64,000 bases of DNA from the NCBI RefSeq assembly GCF_963506605.1, contig NC_083277.1:17484001-17548000 (forward strand). The letters run 5' to 3'. The translations under genes and the position numbers were made by a program. Below the pieces are notes generated by a model. It did not search any database and had not been told where the DNA came from. It was given only the letters and a program-made list of their open reading frames with translations. Positions 11,953-24,334 of this stretch are shown here, in pieces (the stretch's first letter is position 1; each line of letters starts with the position of its first letter). Source of the DNA: Zootoca vivipara. Lineage: Eukaryota.

Positions 11953-12300
11953 TCCCCGCTAAAGCCGCTGAGGCTACAGCAGCAGACCTACAGGAACAGA
12001 ACCGGAGCTCTGCAAATTAAAGCAGGCAGCCCGATCCCCCCAGGCTCCCTCCCGCGTCCTCTTACTGGTTCCACCGGCAGCTGATTCCGCACGTGTTTGC
12101 ATGGAACACTAACTTCATTTCCTGGAGAGACAAGCTCGGAGCCTAGAGCGCCCGTGCGTCAGAGAGGTGAAAAAGATTCTGTGGGGAAGCTGCTAGAGCG
12201 TCTCCATCCATGGAGGTTTTCGAATTTCACAGCTGGAATCGCGCGCATTAGGATTAAAGGCCCTTCGACAAGTGCGCTTTGGTTCCCCGTAAATGCACAT
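11953..12300 (-). promoter_or_regulatory. POLR1H promoter and putative non-coding exon 1
   Basis: Perfect GTAAGT donor starting at 11952 on the minus strand, CpG-enriched sequence and an E-box CACGTG near 12089. The transcription start site cannot be determined from sequence. Confidence 0.6.
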
Positions 12301-13163
12301 AGGATCAGACGAGATGGGATTTTCCGAACTGGGGTTTGTTTACTTAGATTTCAATGCCGCCCTTCATCCGAGGATCACTGGGCGGTGTACAATAAAAAAA
12401 CACAAATATGCGTGACAAAACAAAACAAAAAAACAACGCTTATTTATTTGTTGCTTTGTTTCGTATAGCTTTCAACACACCCGCCAAAAATGCCTCCCAG
12501 AGCAGCTGTCAGATCAATAAAAAATGGGGGGAAACCAAGATAGTCCCTGCGAAACTCAGACTTGAAAAACATGACAGAAAAAGAAAATGGATCGGGTTGG
12601 AAAAGAAAATATGCAATGACCGTGTCCCAGATTTTAGTCGCCGACTGGCTTACTCTCAGTTAGCTGTATTCACCACCATTGCAAAGATGGTGTGAATTGA
12701 AAAGTGATTGTGGTGAATATAAAAGCTCCTCACTGGATTGGTGGCAAGGAGTGGAACTCTGCTTCAATATATGACCATTTTCTTTTTGAACATTTTTGAA
12801 AATTTTATTTTTAAAATTAAATTTCTAGACTGCTAATTAGTGTATGTCTCTAAACAGTTTGTGAAAAATAACACGTTTTTTTTTAAAAAAATACGTTCAT
12901 AAATTCTGAGCAAACCCAAAATTAAACAAAACAGGTAGACAAAAATGGAAGCCATGCATTTTCCGCCTTAAATGTGAACTGAAAAATAATCCAGGGATAG
13001 AGACACTGGTCTTCTAAATGTAGAACTCCAACTCTCCCATCAGCCCCAGTTAGCATAGCCAGTCATCAGGGATGATTAGATTTGTTAGTCCAGCAACAAC
13101 TGGAGGTCCACAGGCTCCCCACCCTAATGTTGAATGATCTCTGAACCAAAGCATCCTTTAAGG

Positions 13164-14768
13164 CAGGGGTGTCAAACTCAAATTCATCGGGGGCCGCATC
13201 AGCAGTTTGGTCACCCTCAAAGGGCCGGTTGTATCTGTAGGACTATGTGTCCACTCTTTATTATCATAAATTATTGTCACTGCATTCAATTATTACTGTT
13301 TTTTGTAATAATGTAAGTAATAACTAGCTCTGAAAGCAGAAACATAGTCAGAATAATGGCAAGTAGATATTCAAATGTACAATTATTGTACAATTTATTG
13401 AAAAATGATTTTTGGTAACTGCACTGGGTGGTGAAGGCTCGCTAGGGTTTCATGCAGGACCTTTGCAGAGCTACTAGTACCTGGAGATGCTGGGGTCCTT
13501 CTGCATGCAGGACAGATGTTCTGCCAGTGAGCCACCACCCTTCACCAAAGGGACTGCCTGAGGTTGACTCACTGGAGCTGCTCTCCTGGTTCCAGGGTTT
13601 AAGGGCCAGAAGTATAAAGCAGCATCCTATGTTTCTGAGGAGAGGGGGAGGGAGGGAGGGGAGAGAGGGAGGAAAAAAAGAGGGAGTGGGAGTGAGAGAG
13701 GAAGGAAGGAAGGAAAGAGGGGAGAGAAAGAAGAGTAGGAAATAAGGAAGGGAATAAAGAAGGAAAGAAAAAGAAAGAGGGAGAGAAGACGGAAAGGGAG
13801 AATAAAGGAAGGAAGTAGAGGGAAAGAAAGAATAAGAATGAGGGAGAGGAAGAAAGATGGGAAGGACGGAAGGAAGAAAGGAAGGAAGAAAGAAAGAAAG
13901 AAAGAAAAGAGGGAGCAGGAGGGAGAGAGGAAGGAAAGAGGTGAGAGAAAGAAGAGTAGGAAAGAAGGAAAGGAAAAGAAAGAGGGAGAGAAGACAGAGA
14001 TAAGGAAGGAAGAAGAGGGAAAGAAAGAATAAGAACGAGAGAGAGGAAGAAAGAAAGGGAAGGGGGGGTCGCCGCCTTGATTCAGCGCCAGAAAAGAGCG
14101 CGAAGGGACCCAGGGGCAAAAAGCATTTCCCGTGCAGCGTGAGGCAGTGGGTGTCCGTTTTAGGAGATGTGCGTAAAGCCTCAGAGTTGCACGTTCGTGA
14201 GGCTGAGCCGCTGCTGAGCTCACGTTCATGAGGCTGAGCCACGGCAGGAGGAGGAGGAGGTGAGGCAAGAGGAGGAGGAGGAGGCGGCTTCCCGGGTCGG
14301 TGCCCTGCAGCACCGTGCGGAGAGTCCCGAGCCTCTGGGACGCAGCAGTGCTCTGTAGCACTTTGAATCCTCCTCCTCCTCCACGTGGCGCTGCTGGGTG
14401 CTTTGTCTGTGCTTCAGCAGCAGCAGCCGTTTCCAGGTGCCGAGCCGTGGCAGGAGGAGGAGGATTCAAAGTGCTACAGAGCACTGCTGCGTCGCAGAGG
14501 CTCGGGACTCTGCGTGCGGCGCTGCCGGGCGCTGACCCGGCAAGCTGCCTCCTCCTTCTCCTGCTGTGGCTCGGGGCGCTCCATGCAGCGCTGCTCCGGC
14601 CGCCTTTCTACCCCCCCCGGCCCCAGCTGTTTGTCGGCGCTTTGTCGGCGCGGCGCTTCAGCAGCAAGGTCCCGCTGCTGGGTCCCGCTGGCTGGGGCAC
14701 TCGGCAGGCCACATGACGAGGTCTGGCGGGCCGGATTTGGCCCCCGGGCCTTGTGTTTGACACCCGTG
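13164..14768. mobile_element. 1.6-kb non-autonomous hAT element with a GA-rich tract and a GC-rich hairpin core
   Basis: TIRs CAGGGGTGTCAAAC / GTTTGACACCCGTG; perfect TSD CTTTAAGG at 13156-13163 and 14769-14776. Confidence 0.88.
13635..14068 (+). repeat. Purine-rich (GA) low-complexity tract inside the hAT element
   Basis: Almost pure G/A with degenerate internal repeats; it generates spurious Leu/Phe/Ser and Lys/Glu/Arg ORFs. Confidence 0.9.
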
Positions 14769-14776
14769 CTTTAAGG

Positions 14777-15127
14777 GTAAAGGGACCCCTGACCATTAAG
14801 TCTAGTCACGGACGACTCTGGGGTTACAGCGCTCATCTCGCATTACAGGCCAAGGAAGCCGGCGTTTGTCCGCTCTGCAGACAATTTTTCCAGGTCATGT
14901 GACCAGCTTCTGACTAAGCCACTTCTGGCGAACCAGAGCAGCACACAGAAACACCATTTACCTTACCTGATCTACTTGCACTTTGACGTGCTTTCGAACT
15001 GCTAGGTTGGCAGGAGCTGGGACAGAGCAACGGGAGCTCACCCTGCCGCGGGGATTCGAACTGCTGACCTTCCGATCGGCAAGCCCTAGGCCCTGTGGTT
15101 TAAACCACAGCGCCAGCCGGGTCCCTT
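14777..15127 (+). mobile_element. Sauria SINE
   Basis: Family sequence; its TSD AAAGCATCCTTTA is at 13148-13160 and 15128-15140, separated by the later hAT insertion. Confidence 0.88.
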
Positions 15128-15840
15128 AAAGCATCCTTTAGTTACCTCCTAAGATCTAACATGAGAGGTTAAAAATAAAAAAATTCATTGTTCAGGAATT
15201 GTCCACAAAACTGTGTTGTCAACACTGAGAAGGTTCTGTCTAGAAATCTTATGAGTAATCCAGAATGTTAGTGGGGGCACGCACAGAAGACCCTTTTTGG
15301 AAGGTCTCAGGGTACATGATACAGCACCTATCCCAATTGCACATTCTGAGAAGCCCCTTTTCACGGTGGGTGGCAGGGGTAGAAAGTAGAGAAGCAGTTG
15401 GTCCTAGGTTCTGGTAGTGACTTTCTTCTTCCTGTCTCCCTGCCTGTCCGACACCATCATGCCATAAGAGGCCACATTCACACCATACATTTAAAGCACT
15501 ACAATACCACTTTAAAGAGCCATGGCTTCCCCAAAGAATGCAGGGAGCTGTAGTTTAAGTAGGGTTGCCATATTTCAAAACCTCCCCCCCTTTTTTTGGC
15601 CAAATCTCAAAAAAATGAAATCCACCAAACTCTACACTACTGACATGGGCTGCCATACGTCTGGATTTTCCTGGACATTTCAGCGGTTTTCCAGCCAGAT
15701 GCTGTTTACAAGGGCTAAATACTGTGTCCAGGAAATTTCGGATGTATGGCAACCCTACATTTATGGTGCTGAAAGTTATTAGAAAACCTCTGTTCTCCTC
15801 ACAGAGTTACAATTTTCTACAGAACTGGGCAGCATTAAAT

Positions 15841-17035
15841 TTTTTCTTGGGTTCCATGATCACTGCAGATGGTGACAGCAGTCATGAAATTAAAAGACGC
15901 CTGCTTCTTGGGAGAAAAGCAATGACAAACCTAGACAGCAGCTTAAAAAGCACAGACATCACCTTGCCGACAAAGGTCCGTATAGTTAAAGCTATGGTTT
16001 TCCCAGTAGTAATGTATGGAAGTGAGAGCTGGACCATAAAGAAGGCTGATGGCCGAAGAATGGATGCTTTTGAATTATGGTGCTGGAGGAGACTCGTGAG
16101 AGTCCCATGGACTGCAAGAAGATCAAACCTATCCATTCTGAAGGAAATCAGCCCTGAGTGCTCACTGGAAGGACAGATCGTGAAGCTGAGGCTCCAATAC
16201 TTTGGCCACCTCATGAGAAGAGAAGACTCCCTGGAAAAGACCCTGATGTTGGGAAAGATGGAGGGCACAAGGCATGGGCGTACCCAGGATCAAAACTAGG
16301 GGGGGGGCAAGGGGAGGGGCCAAGGCACGGAAGGGGAGGGGACACAAAGTGGGCGGGAACGATGGGCGGTAACGCTGAACTCGCGCTCCGCCGGGCTGTG
16401 CCCCTCCCTAGAAGCAGGGCTGGTGGGCAGAGGCGGAGCCCAGCCCAGCGGAGCGCGAGTTCAGCGTTCTCGCCCGCCGCGCCGCGCTCTCTGGTTCCCC
16501 GCCGCGCTTGGCCTTGCCAGAGGGCGTGACGGGGAGCTGGAGGGAGGGCGCAGCGAGGTGGGCGGGAACGGCGAACTCGCACTCCGCCGGGCTGTGCCCC
16601 TCCCTAGAAGCAGGGCTGGTGGGCGGAGGCGGAGCCCAGCCCAGCGGAGCGCGGGTTTGGCGTTCCCGCCCACCGCACCGCGCTCCCTGGTTCCCTGCCG
16701 CGCTTGGCCTTGCCTGAGGGCACGCCGGGGAGCTGGAGGGAGGGTGCGGCGTGGCGCGGCGGGAATGGCGAACTCGTGCTCCGCCGGGCTGTGCTCCGCC
16801 TCTGCCCACCAGCCCTGCTTCTAGAGTAGGGCAGCTGCCCTAACTTGCCCCGTGGTGGGTACGCCCTTGGCACAAGGAGAAGGGGACAACAGAGGACGAG
16901 ATGGTTGGACAGTGTTCTCGAAGCTACGAACATGAGTTTGACCAAACTGCGGGAGGCAGTGGAAGACAGGAGTGCCTGGTGTGCTCTGGTCCATGGGGTC
17001 ACGAAGAGTTTAGTCAACGACTAAACAACAACAAC
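15841..17035 (+). mobile_element. Bov-B LINE 3' fragment, split by a hAT insertion
   Basis: FLGSMITADGDSSHEIKRRLLLGRKAM...; the sequence resumes after 16877 and ends in (CAA)n. Confidence 0.92.
16273..16869. mobile_element. Non-autonomous hAT element, 597 bp, with a CpG-rich core of about 195-bp hairpin repeats
   Basis: TIRs CATGGGCGTACCCA / TGGGTACGCCCTTG; perfect TSD GCACAAGG at 16265-16272 and 16870-16877. Confidence 0.9.
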
Positions 17036-17153
17036 ATTTTTTAAAAGAAATCTATGGACCACATCAGCAAACCAGATCCAATTTCCCCTTCCAAAACGGA
17101 GTAGCTCAAAGCACCTTCTGAACTATGAAAACAAGCATAAAAATAACAGAAAA

Positions 17154-17208
<55 letters not shown>

Positions 17209-18067
17209 TGTACCCTGCCCATCTGGCTGGATTGCCACCAATAGTCACCAAACCAAAAAGCAGCATCAAGGAAGAAGATAAAGGGTCCAAATGAAGAATC
17301 AATAAGACTAACAGTTAATAACTTTCCTGAACTTGCAACACAAGTTTCACAACTTTGGCACAATTATAGCTGTTTGAAGTACTTCTGCAAATGATGAAAG
17401 AACTCTGACGAAAGGTCCCTTCCCTGAGGATGCCATGTGAATGGCAGTTGGCCTCTGGGACTGCATGTCTTAATGGGGAGCCTGCCCCTAATTGTTCAGC
17501 TTGAAGTTTGATTCCCTGAGGCTCCGGGATGTGCGGGAAACTTCCTTGCATTGTCCAGTAGCTTCTGGAGACACAGCAACAACAGCTCCTTCTTCAGTAA
17601 GATCCCATAAAGCCAGCTCCCTTCCCTTCCAATGCCCTGCAAGAAGTAGGCTTAAGCTGTGGGGGATCTCTAGGTACATTTAGTTGGGGTGCAATTCTCA
17701 GCCAGAATAGCAAAGATGCTGGGGTGAAGTAGACAAGCTGATCAGGGTTGGAGTTGTGGGGAGAGAGAAGATCCAGCTTCTCCTTTTTATTACTCTTTGA
17801 GGTTCTACAGCTATCTTTCCAACTTTCTGATAGTCTATATTCCTATCTGTTTCCATTCTCCTGATCTTACTCTCTCCCTTTCCCACCACAAACACACACA
17901 CAAAAAGAATGGATGCTTCCTCCCATCTAACTTCTAACTGCATTCAACTCCTTTCTCTCGCCTCTTTTTTCTATCACAAGTAAACACTTCAACATTTAAT
18001 TCATTATAGTCTATAATCCTTGGACACTTTCCTGGGAACATAGCATTTCCTTTCTTCACATTCCACA

Positions 18068-18108
18068 TCTATCTATCTATCTATCTATCTGTCTGTCTGT
18101 CTGTCTGT

Positions 18109-18147
<39 letters not shown>

Positions 18148-18148
18148 C
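18068..18148 (+). repeat. Compound tetranucleotide microsatellite (CTAT)n(CTGT)n(CTGC)n
   Basis: Directly visible. Confidence 0.95.
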
Positions 18149-19227
18149 TTCTTTGTACCTCTCCACACCTGTCTTCTTCTCTTTGCTTAGCTTTCTTCTG
18201 GGCATGCTCCTTCCACGCTGCCAGCCTCTCCCTCAAGCCAACTTCTGCCACAGCCTGTGATCTCTGGCCATAGCTTCTGGACCATAAAGTGCATCTGTTG
18301 ATGGGAGCAAAGCCCGGAGACAAGCTGACTGCTCTGGTCTCCTACAAGTAGCAGGACACAAACCAGAACAACGGATTCATCCCTGGAATAGAAGCAAAAG
18401 TTGTATCCTTAGTCATCACATGAGAAAAGAACTGGAAGAAGGGAAGGTTACGAAGACAGGAGTGAGGTTAGGAAGCGGCCGACCCAGCAAAAGAACAATA
18501 ACTTTGTACTAGAGTACCAATATATGTGAGATGAAAAGGAGAGCTGAGATTAAGAGGCATTTAGTTTATGTCTTTCAATCTATGGGAAGCAGCCTTTTCC
18601 TTCATGCAGAGGTGAGTGCTGTAATTTGCTTTATTTACTCCTGCCTGAAGTTTCTAGTCCTTGTGGTTTTGCAAAATGTTGTGCCAACAGGCCTTTGCAG
18701 CTGCCTCCCCAGAAATACTCTTTAATGCATATTTGTTCTGATTTGCCCTTATGGTGCTCTCTGAGCGGTCATACCCAATCCCACTTTTAATCCTGTTTGT
18801 GCCTGCCTGCAGAAGCTTTCAGATAGTCATACTATTTCATAGCAGCGCACAACCTATATAACATGCTGCTGAAATCCTGTAACTTTTTATACCACAACCG
18901 TTCCAGTTTATTTTTGTCCTGCCGCATCTGGACAGCAATAACATGCTAGCATTGGGGAAGTATCGCAGAACTGAGGGCTCGTTGACACTTGTCCGCTTGT
19001 CCGTTTCCTAGAAAGAGCAGTTTTCCCCAGGAGAAAGCAGCGGAGCAAGAGGAAGTGTGGACAAGCCCTAAAGCAGGATAAATCCATTACCAATTCACTA
19101 TTACTGTGTCAATAACACGTTGCAGAAGACACATGCAATAAAACACCCATTTAATGTATTTTAATCTTTGTTGGAAGCCACCCAGAGTGGCTGGAGAAAC
19201 CCAGCCGGATGGGCGGGGTACAAATAA

Positions 19228-19281
<54 letters not shown>

Positions 19282-22102
19282 GTGTCCTCTGTTGATTTTT
19301 CTTTCTGAGCTCCCCAACCCCACAACTTCTTTATACATTCCTTGTTTGAAGTTGCTCCATTCCTCGATTGTATTGTTTCCAGTTCTTTTTCTGCGCCTCT
19401 TTCAGTTCTACAGAACTGTGGGAGAGTCGGAAACCAGAGCAAAACACAGTTTTCAATATTTATTATCGTTGTTGTTGTTGTTGTTCGTTGAATTTGTATA
19501 CTGCCCTTCACCCAAAGATCCCAGGGCAGTTCACAACATAAGAACACAAAATGAGAATACAAAATACATAATCAAACAAAGACAAACCAGTAACACCCCC
19601 ACCCCCACAAAAAAAACACATTTAAAAAGCCGTAACAAAACCCAAAAAAGCCCATAGGAAGTCCATGGGTTGAAAGCTTGGCATATTAATCCATGTCATA
19701 TTAAATCACTTTGAGATGTTTTATAGGAAGTGGTTCACTAATTAAATTATCATCATCACCATGCTCCTTTATTTTCAGTCCCTTTCCTAATAAGTGAGCT
19801 TTCTGATATGGCCCCAGGATGTATTGGGGAAACCTTGGGAGCCCACAACCACATTTAAACAGCATTAGCATGTTTGTGAAATTCAGACCTCTTCGCCCTG
19901 GTATGCATCACTTTAGCCTTATGCTGAATTTCACTTGCTCTGCTGTTGCCTGTTTAGGCAATTTTGGTTTTGGAGCTCTTCAGAATCTGAGAATCTACTA
20001 TGATGAATAGTTTACTGTCATTATTAGAAAACTTTACTAGTTCAAAGTTGCACCCTTGACTTGCTTATGAATCATTTAAGTAAAAGCAGTCTCTCACAGA
20101 CACATTCTATTTTACATTTTAGAATATTCCTTTAAACCTTGAAATATCAGTGACTTCCCTTCTTCTCTTTCCATAGTTCATTTTACATAACATAAATCCC
20201 TGCATATTTTATGTTAAGTTGTGGGTAAGCATAGCAGACGACACAGCAATCTCTCCAAAGCAGCTCTTTATTTGGAAGCTGGAACAGAACAGAACTGCCT
20301 TGCCGAGCTGGCCTGCTTTTATAGAGGCTGGCTCAAACAATGTATCAAACATAATTCAAAGTTCCCTCCTAAAGTTCCCTCCTAAAACAACTGTCAAGGA
20401 CCTGAGGACCTGAGGGAAAACTATATACACTAATACATAACGTTTTACATAAACGAAACCATTCAATATTCCATTATTACATCCATCAAAACTTATTTAC
20501 ACTGTTGAATTTATCTTAATGCTGCCAACGTTCTCAAATGTACACAATTTTCACCCATATATTCAATAAACGTTTTCCAATCTTCTTTAAACGTGCGTTC
20601 TTCTTGTTCTCTTATTCTATATGTTAAGTCCGCAGTTTCAGTGCGGATCTTGAGGAGAAAAAACAAACCCCACAGCTTTCTTGCCCCCATAAACTGTCAA
20701 ATTGGGTTGCAGACAACTAAGTTCTACTCAGAGTAGAGCTACTGAAATTCATCAGTGGGTCTGCTTTGAGTAGGACTAGCAATACAAACAGTTGTCTCCC
20801 GTTGATCTCTTGGGTTTTTTTAACCAGTAACATAATCCATAAGAACAGAGGATCTCAAACTGTGGTGTGTGGATCACCAGTGATCCGCAAGCTTCATTCA
20901 GGTGCTCTGTGGGGTTGTTCGTATTAAATATGAATGCTGCATAAATATAAATGAATATGAATATGGTATATGGATATACATATAGATATTGTATGGAATG
21001 CTATTCGTAACACAACTAAATAGAACGCCAGAAATTAAAACAATTAAAATGCAATTAAAAGTCACACAGCATCTACCACAGCACTTTACAATTGTTACAA
21101 CAGGCAGAAAAATAATTAAGGGCCCACCTATACCTTAGCTTATGTGGAATGTGAACTACTTGTGCCTCCTTCAATTCCCCTATGTCCATGCATTGCTCTC
21201 CAACTGTTGCTGTCCCACACTTTATCCTCCCTAAATCAATGCACCTCTCACACTTGGACTGTCTTTTCTTTCTTTTTTCTTTTTCAAATTTTTATATTGC
21301 TTTATTTAATTTTTTTAGAAAAGAAAACAACAATTAAAAACAGTTCAGTACATATTCGAACATAGAAATCATAAATCCTTTTACAGTTTCATTGCCTTCT
21401 TTTCCCTCCCCCCTCCCCATTCTTCCCTTCACCCTTCTTTGCCTATTATTCATTTTGTTATCGTTGCGGTGGCCAACCCCCCCCCCCCGCAACACCTCCC
21501 CCAGCTGGATTGGATGACTGGCTGTGTGGGCAGAGATCACAGGTATCCAGCCCGGGAAGGTGGTGCCAGCTCTGAACCGCTGAGTGCTGTCCTGGGGGTT
21601 CCAGGGGGCTGCTCGCGGCCACGCAAAAGGTGCACCCCTTTTATATGGGGAACAGTCATTATCCTTAGGGATGTCATTTGAAACTAAGCTTAGTAGGAAT
21701 GCCTCTGGGTTTGTTTGTTTGTTTGTTTGTTTGTTTTTTGAAATTGAGCTCCTAAATATCTTTTTAAGCTATTCATGTATTGTATCAAGCTCCAAAATCG
21801 TTTCACTGTCTTGCACCCTCACCACATATGATACATTGTCCCAACCTCTGTTTTACATCTCCAGCAGAGGTTTATTTGTTTTTTTTTCCATCTCTGATAA
21901 TTAAATTGGAATTTCAAAGCATAGGCAATATCCAGTTTTGAGGATGGGAAAGTTTTGGACAGCAGCAGTTGGAGGAGAATGCTCTCAGTAGAGCATGAGA
22001 CTCAATCTCAGGGTTGAGGGTACATTTATTAAAGATCACAACATAAAGATTGTTGCATGTGGTCCCTTTCACATACCCTCCAACATTTCTCTGATGAAAA
22101 TA

Positions 22103-22461
22103 AAGGTAAAGGTAAAGGGGCCCCTGACCATTAGGTCCAGTCGTGACTGACTCTGGGGTTGGGCATTCATCTCGCATTATTGGCCAAGGGAGCCGGCATA
22201 CAGCTTCCAGGTCATGTGGCCAGCATGACAAAGCCACTTCTAGCGAACCAGAGCAGCACACGGAAACGCCGTTTACCTTCCCGCTGTAGCGGTTCCTATT
22301 TATCTACTTGCATTTTGACGTGCTTTCGAACTGCTAGGTTGGCAGGAGCTGGGACCGAGCAACAGGAGCTCACCCCGTCACAGGGATTCGAACCACTGAC
22401 CTTCTGATCAGCAAGCCCTAGGCTCTGTGGTTTAACCCACAGCGCCACCTGGGTCCCTGGG
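22103..22461 (+). mobile_element. Sauria SINE
   Basis: Family sequence; TSD TGATGAAAATA at 22092-22102 and 22462-22472. Confidence 0.9.
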
Positions 22462-24334
22462 TGATGAAAATAGGGGCATCCTATTTAGTAGTAGTAGTAG
22501 TAGTAGTAGTAGTTTTACTATTTATATCCTGCTCACCTGCTGGGTTGACCAAGCCACTTCCAACATATATAAAAACATAATAAAACATTAAACATTAAAA
22601 AAACTTCCCTATACAGGAGTGCCTTCAGATGTCTTCTAAAGGTTGACACAATCGCCGCTGAGCACCCTCTCCCACTTTGTGGTTCCCGCTTGGCTCGCTA
22701 GTATACTCTAGAGCCGAGTGGTCTAACACGTGGCCCTCAAGACCTTTTTTGGCGGCCCTCAGCACCATGTGCTGCCCACCACCTGCAGCCCTCACACTGC
22801 CTTCCCAAAGCCAGATAAGTGAGTTGCTGGGCTTTGCAGAGGAGGAGCGACGGCTCTGCCAGGGTCTTAGGTTCCCCCTACCTCCTTCCCAAAGCCCAAT
22901 TAGTGCTTTTCCAGCTTTAGGAAGAAGGTGGGAAGGTTCTAGGATGCCGTTAGAGCATCGTGCCTCCTTCCCAAAGACCAGCCCTTGCTTCTCTGACTTT
23001 GGGAAAGCAGCATGAGGGCTAGGGACCCACTTAAATTTTGACCTTACTCCCCTGCCCTGCCCTGCGCTGCTCTGCATGGAAAGGCAGTGTGCAGCTTGTG
23101 GGTTCTGTGTCGAAGTTCTCTTGCGGCCCACTTGGTATGAAAAGTTGGACTGCCCTGCTTTGGAATTAAGGGTGAGGAAACAAGCTGGGAGATGACTCGA
23201 ACATGCATGGAGGAAAACTCTGTTGAATGAAATTGAACACTAGTGAGGGCTCATAGAATCACAGAATTGCAGAGTTGGACCTACAGGACCACCTATTAAA
23301 AAACAATAATTTTATAAGTTGCATGTCCTTGTTTCTCAATTTGATCCTTTCACATGGTTTTCTGGTCTTTTATGCATTGTGACTTGACATTATTTTTATT
23401 GATTATAGTTTAGTAAATCTTTATTATAATTGTTAAGTGTAAACTGTTTAATTATTGCTTGCTGATATTTAAGTTTACCGTTTGCCATTATATTCTAATG
23501 AATTATCGAATATTGCTTTATTTGATCTAAGTTTTTTATTTTAAAGTTATGTTTTTATTATGGCTTCTTTGAATTGGATCAGATCATTATTAGGTGTGCG
23601 ATCTTTGTTGTCTATTTTGTGTGCACCACACTCCAACCTTCAGCACCACACTCCAACCTTCTTTGGCAATCACTCATTGCCGAGTAAGATTGTCTTCCAC
23701 TAAAACAGTCTTAACAGTGAGTCTGTAAGTGACTGTGGAAGCCAATTCTGGATCCACACGTCCTTCCACAGTGGAGACATAGGTTTCCGGGCGGGAGTTG
23801 ATCATGGTGAAGGTTTGCCAAACATGCCTTCCTCTTAGCTCATTTCTCCTTTTCGCCCTGAGTTCATGCTTCTTCAAAGTCCATGACACTTTTGCTAAGG
23901 GCTGTTCTCCAACTGGAGCGCTCTAACCTACTGAGTCATCAAGCCTACCTAGAGGCACTCCATTGCATCCCCATTGTTCTGACCAGCACAGCTTTTCCAG
24001 GTATGGAGATGACAGCAGCCCGCTAACTATAACTTGGACCTAAAATTTTGAGGCCGGAACTCAAGTGCCAGTCCAAGTATGGAAGTCCTATGAGAGGTGG
24101 TGGTGGACTCTCCTTCCTTGGTGGTTCTTAAGCAGAGGTTGAATGACCATCTGTTGTGGATGCTTTCGTTGAGATTCCTGAACTGCAGGGAGTTGAACTA
24201 AATGATCCTCAGGGTCCCTTCAAACTCTACAGCTCTATGATTCTTGGAGAAAGCACAATCTCCCAGCCAAATAACTTTTGCTTCCATTTGCTGGTTATCT
24301 GTGATTCATTAAGGTCTCCTTGATGTTACAGATG

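Noticed and set aside
13442-14484. 266-aa and 285-aa Leu/Phe/Ser-rich ORFs
   Set aside because: Translation of a polypurine low-complexity tract inside a hAT element.
24320-24334. 319-aa N-terminally extended OR-1 in the ORF track
   Set aside because: It starts at a TTG upstream of the probable splice acceptor; the paralogues start at MYRE.
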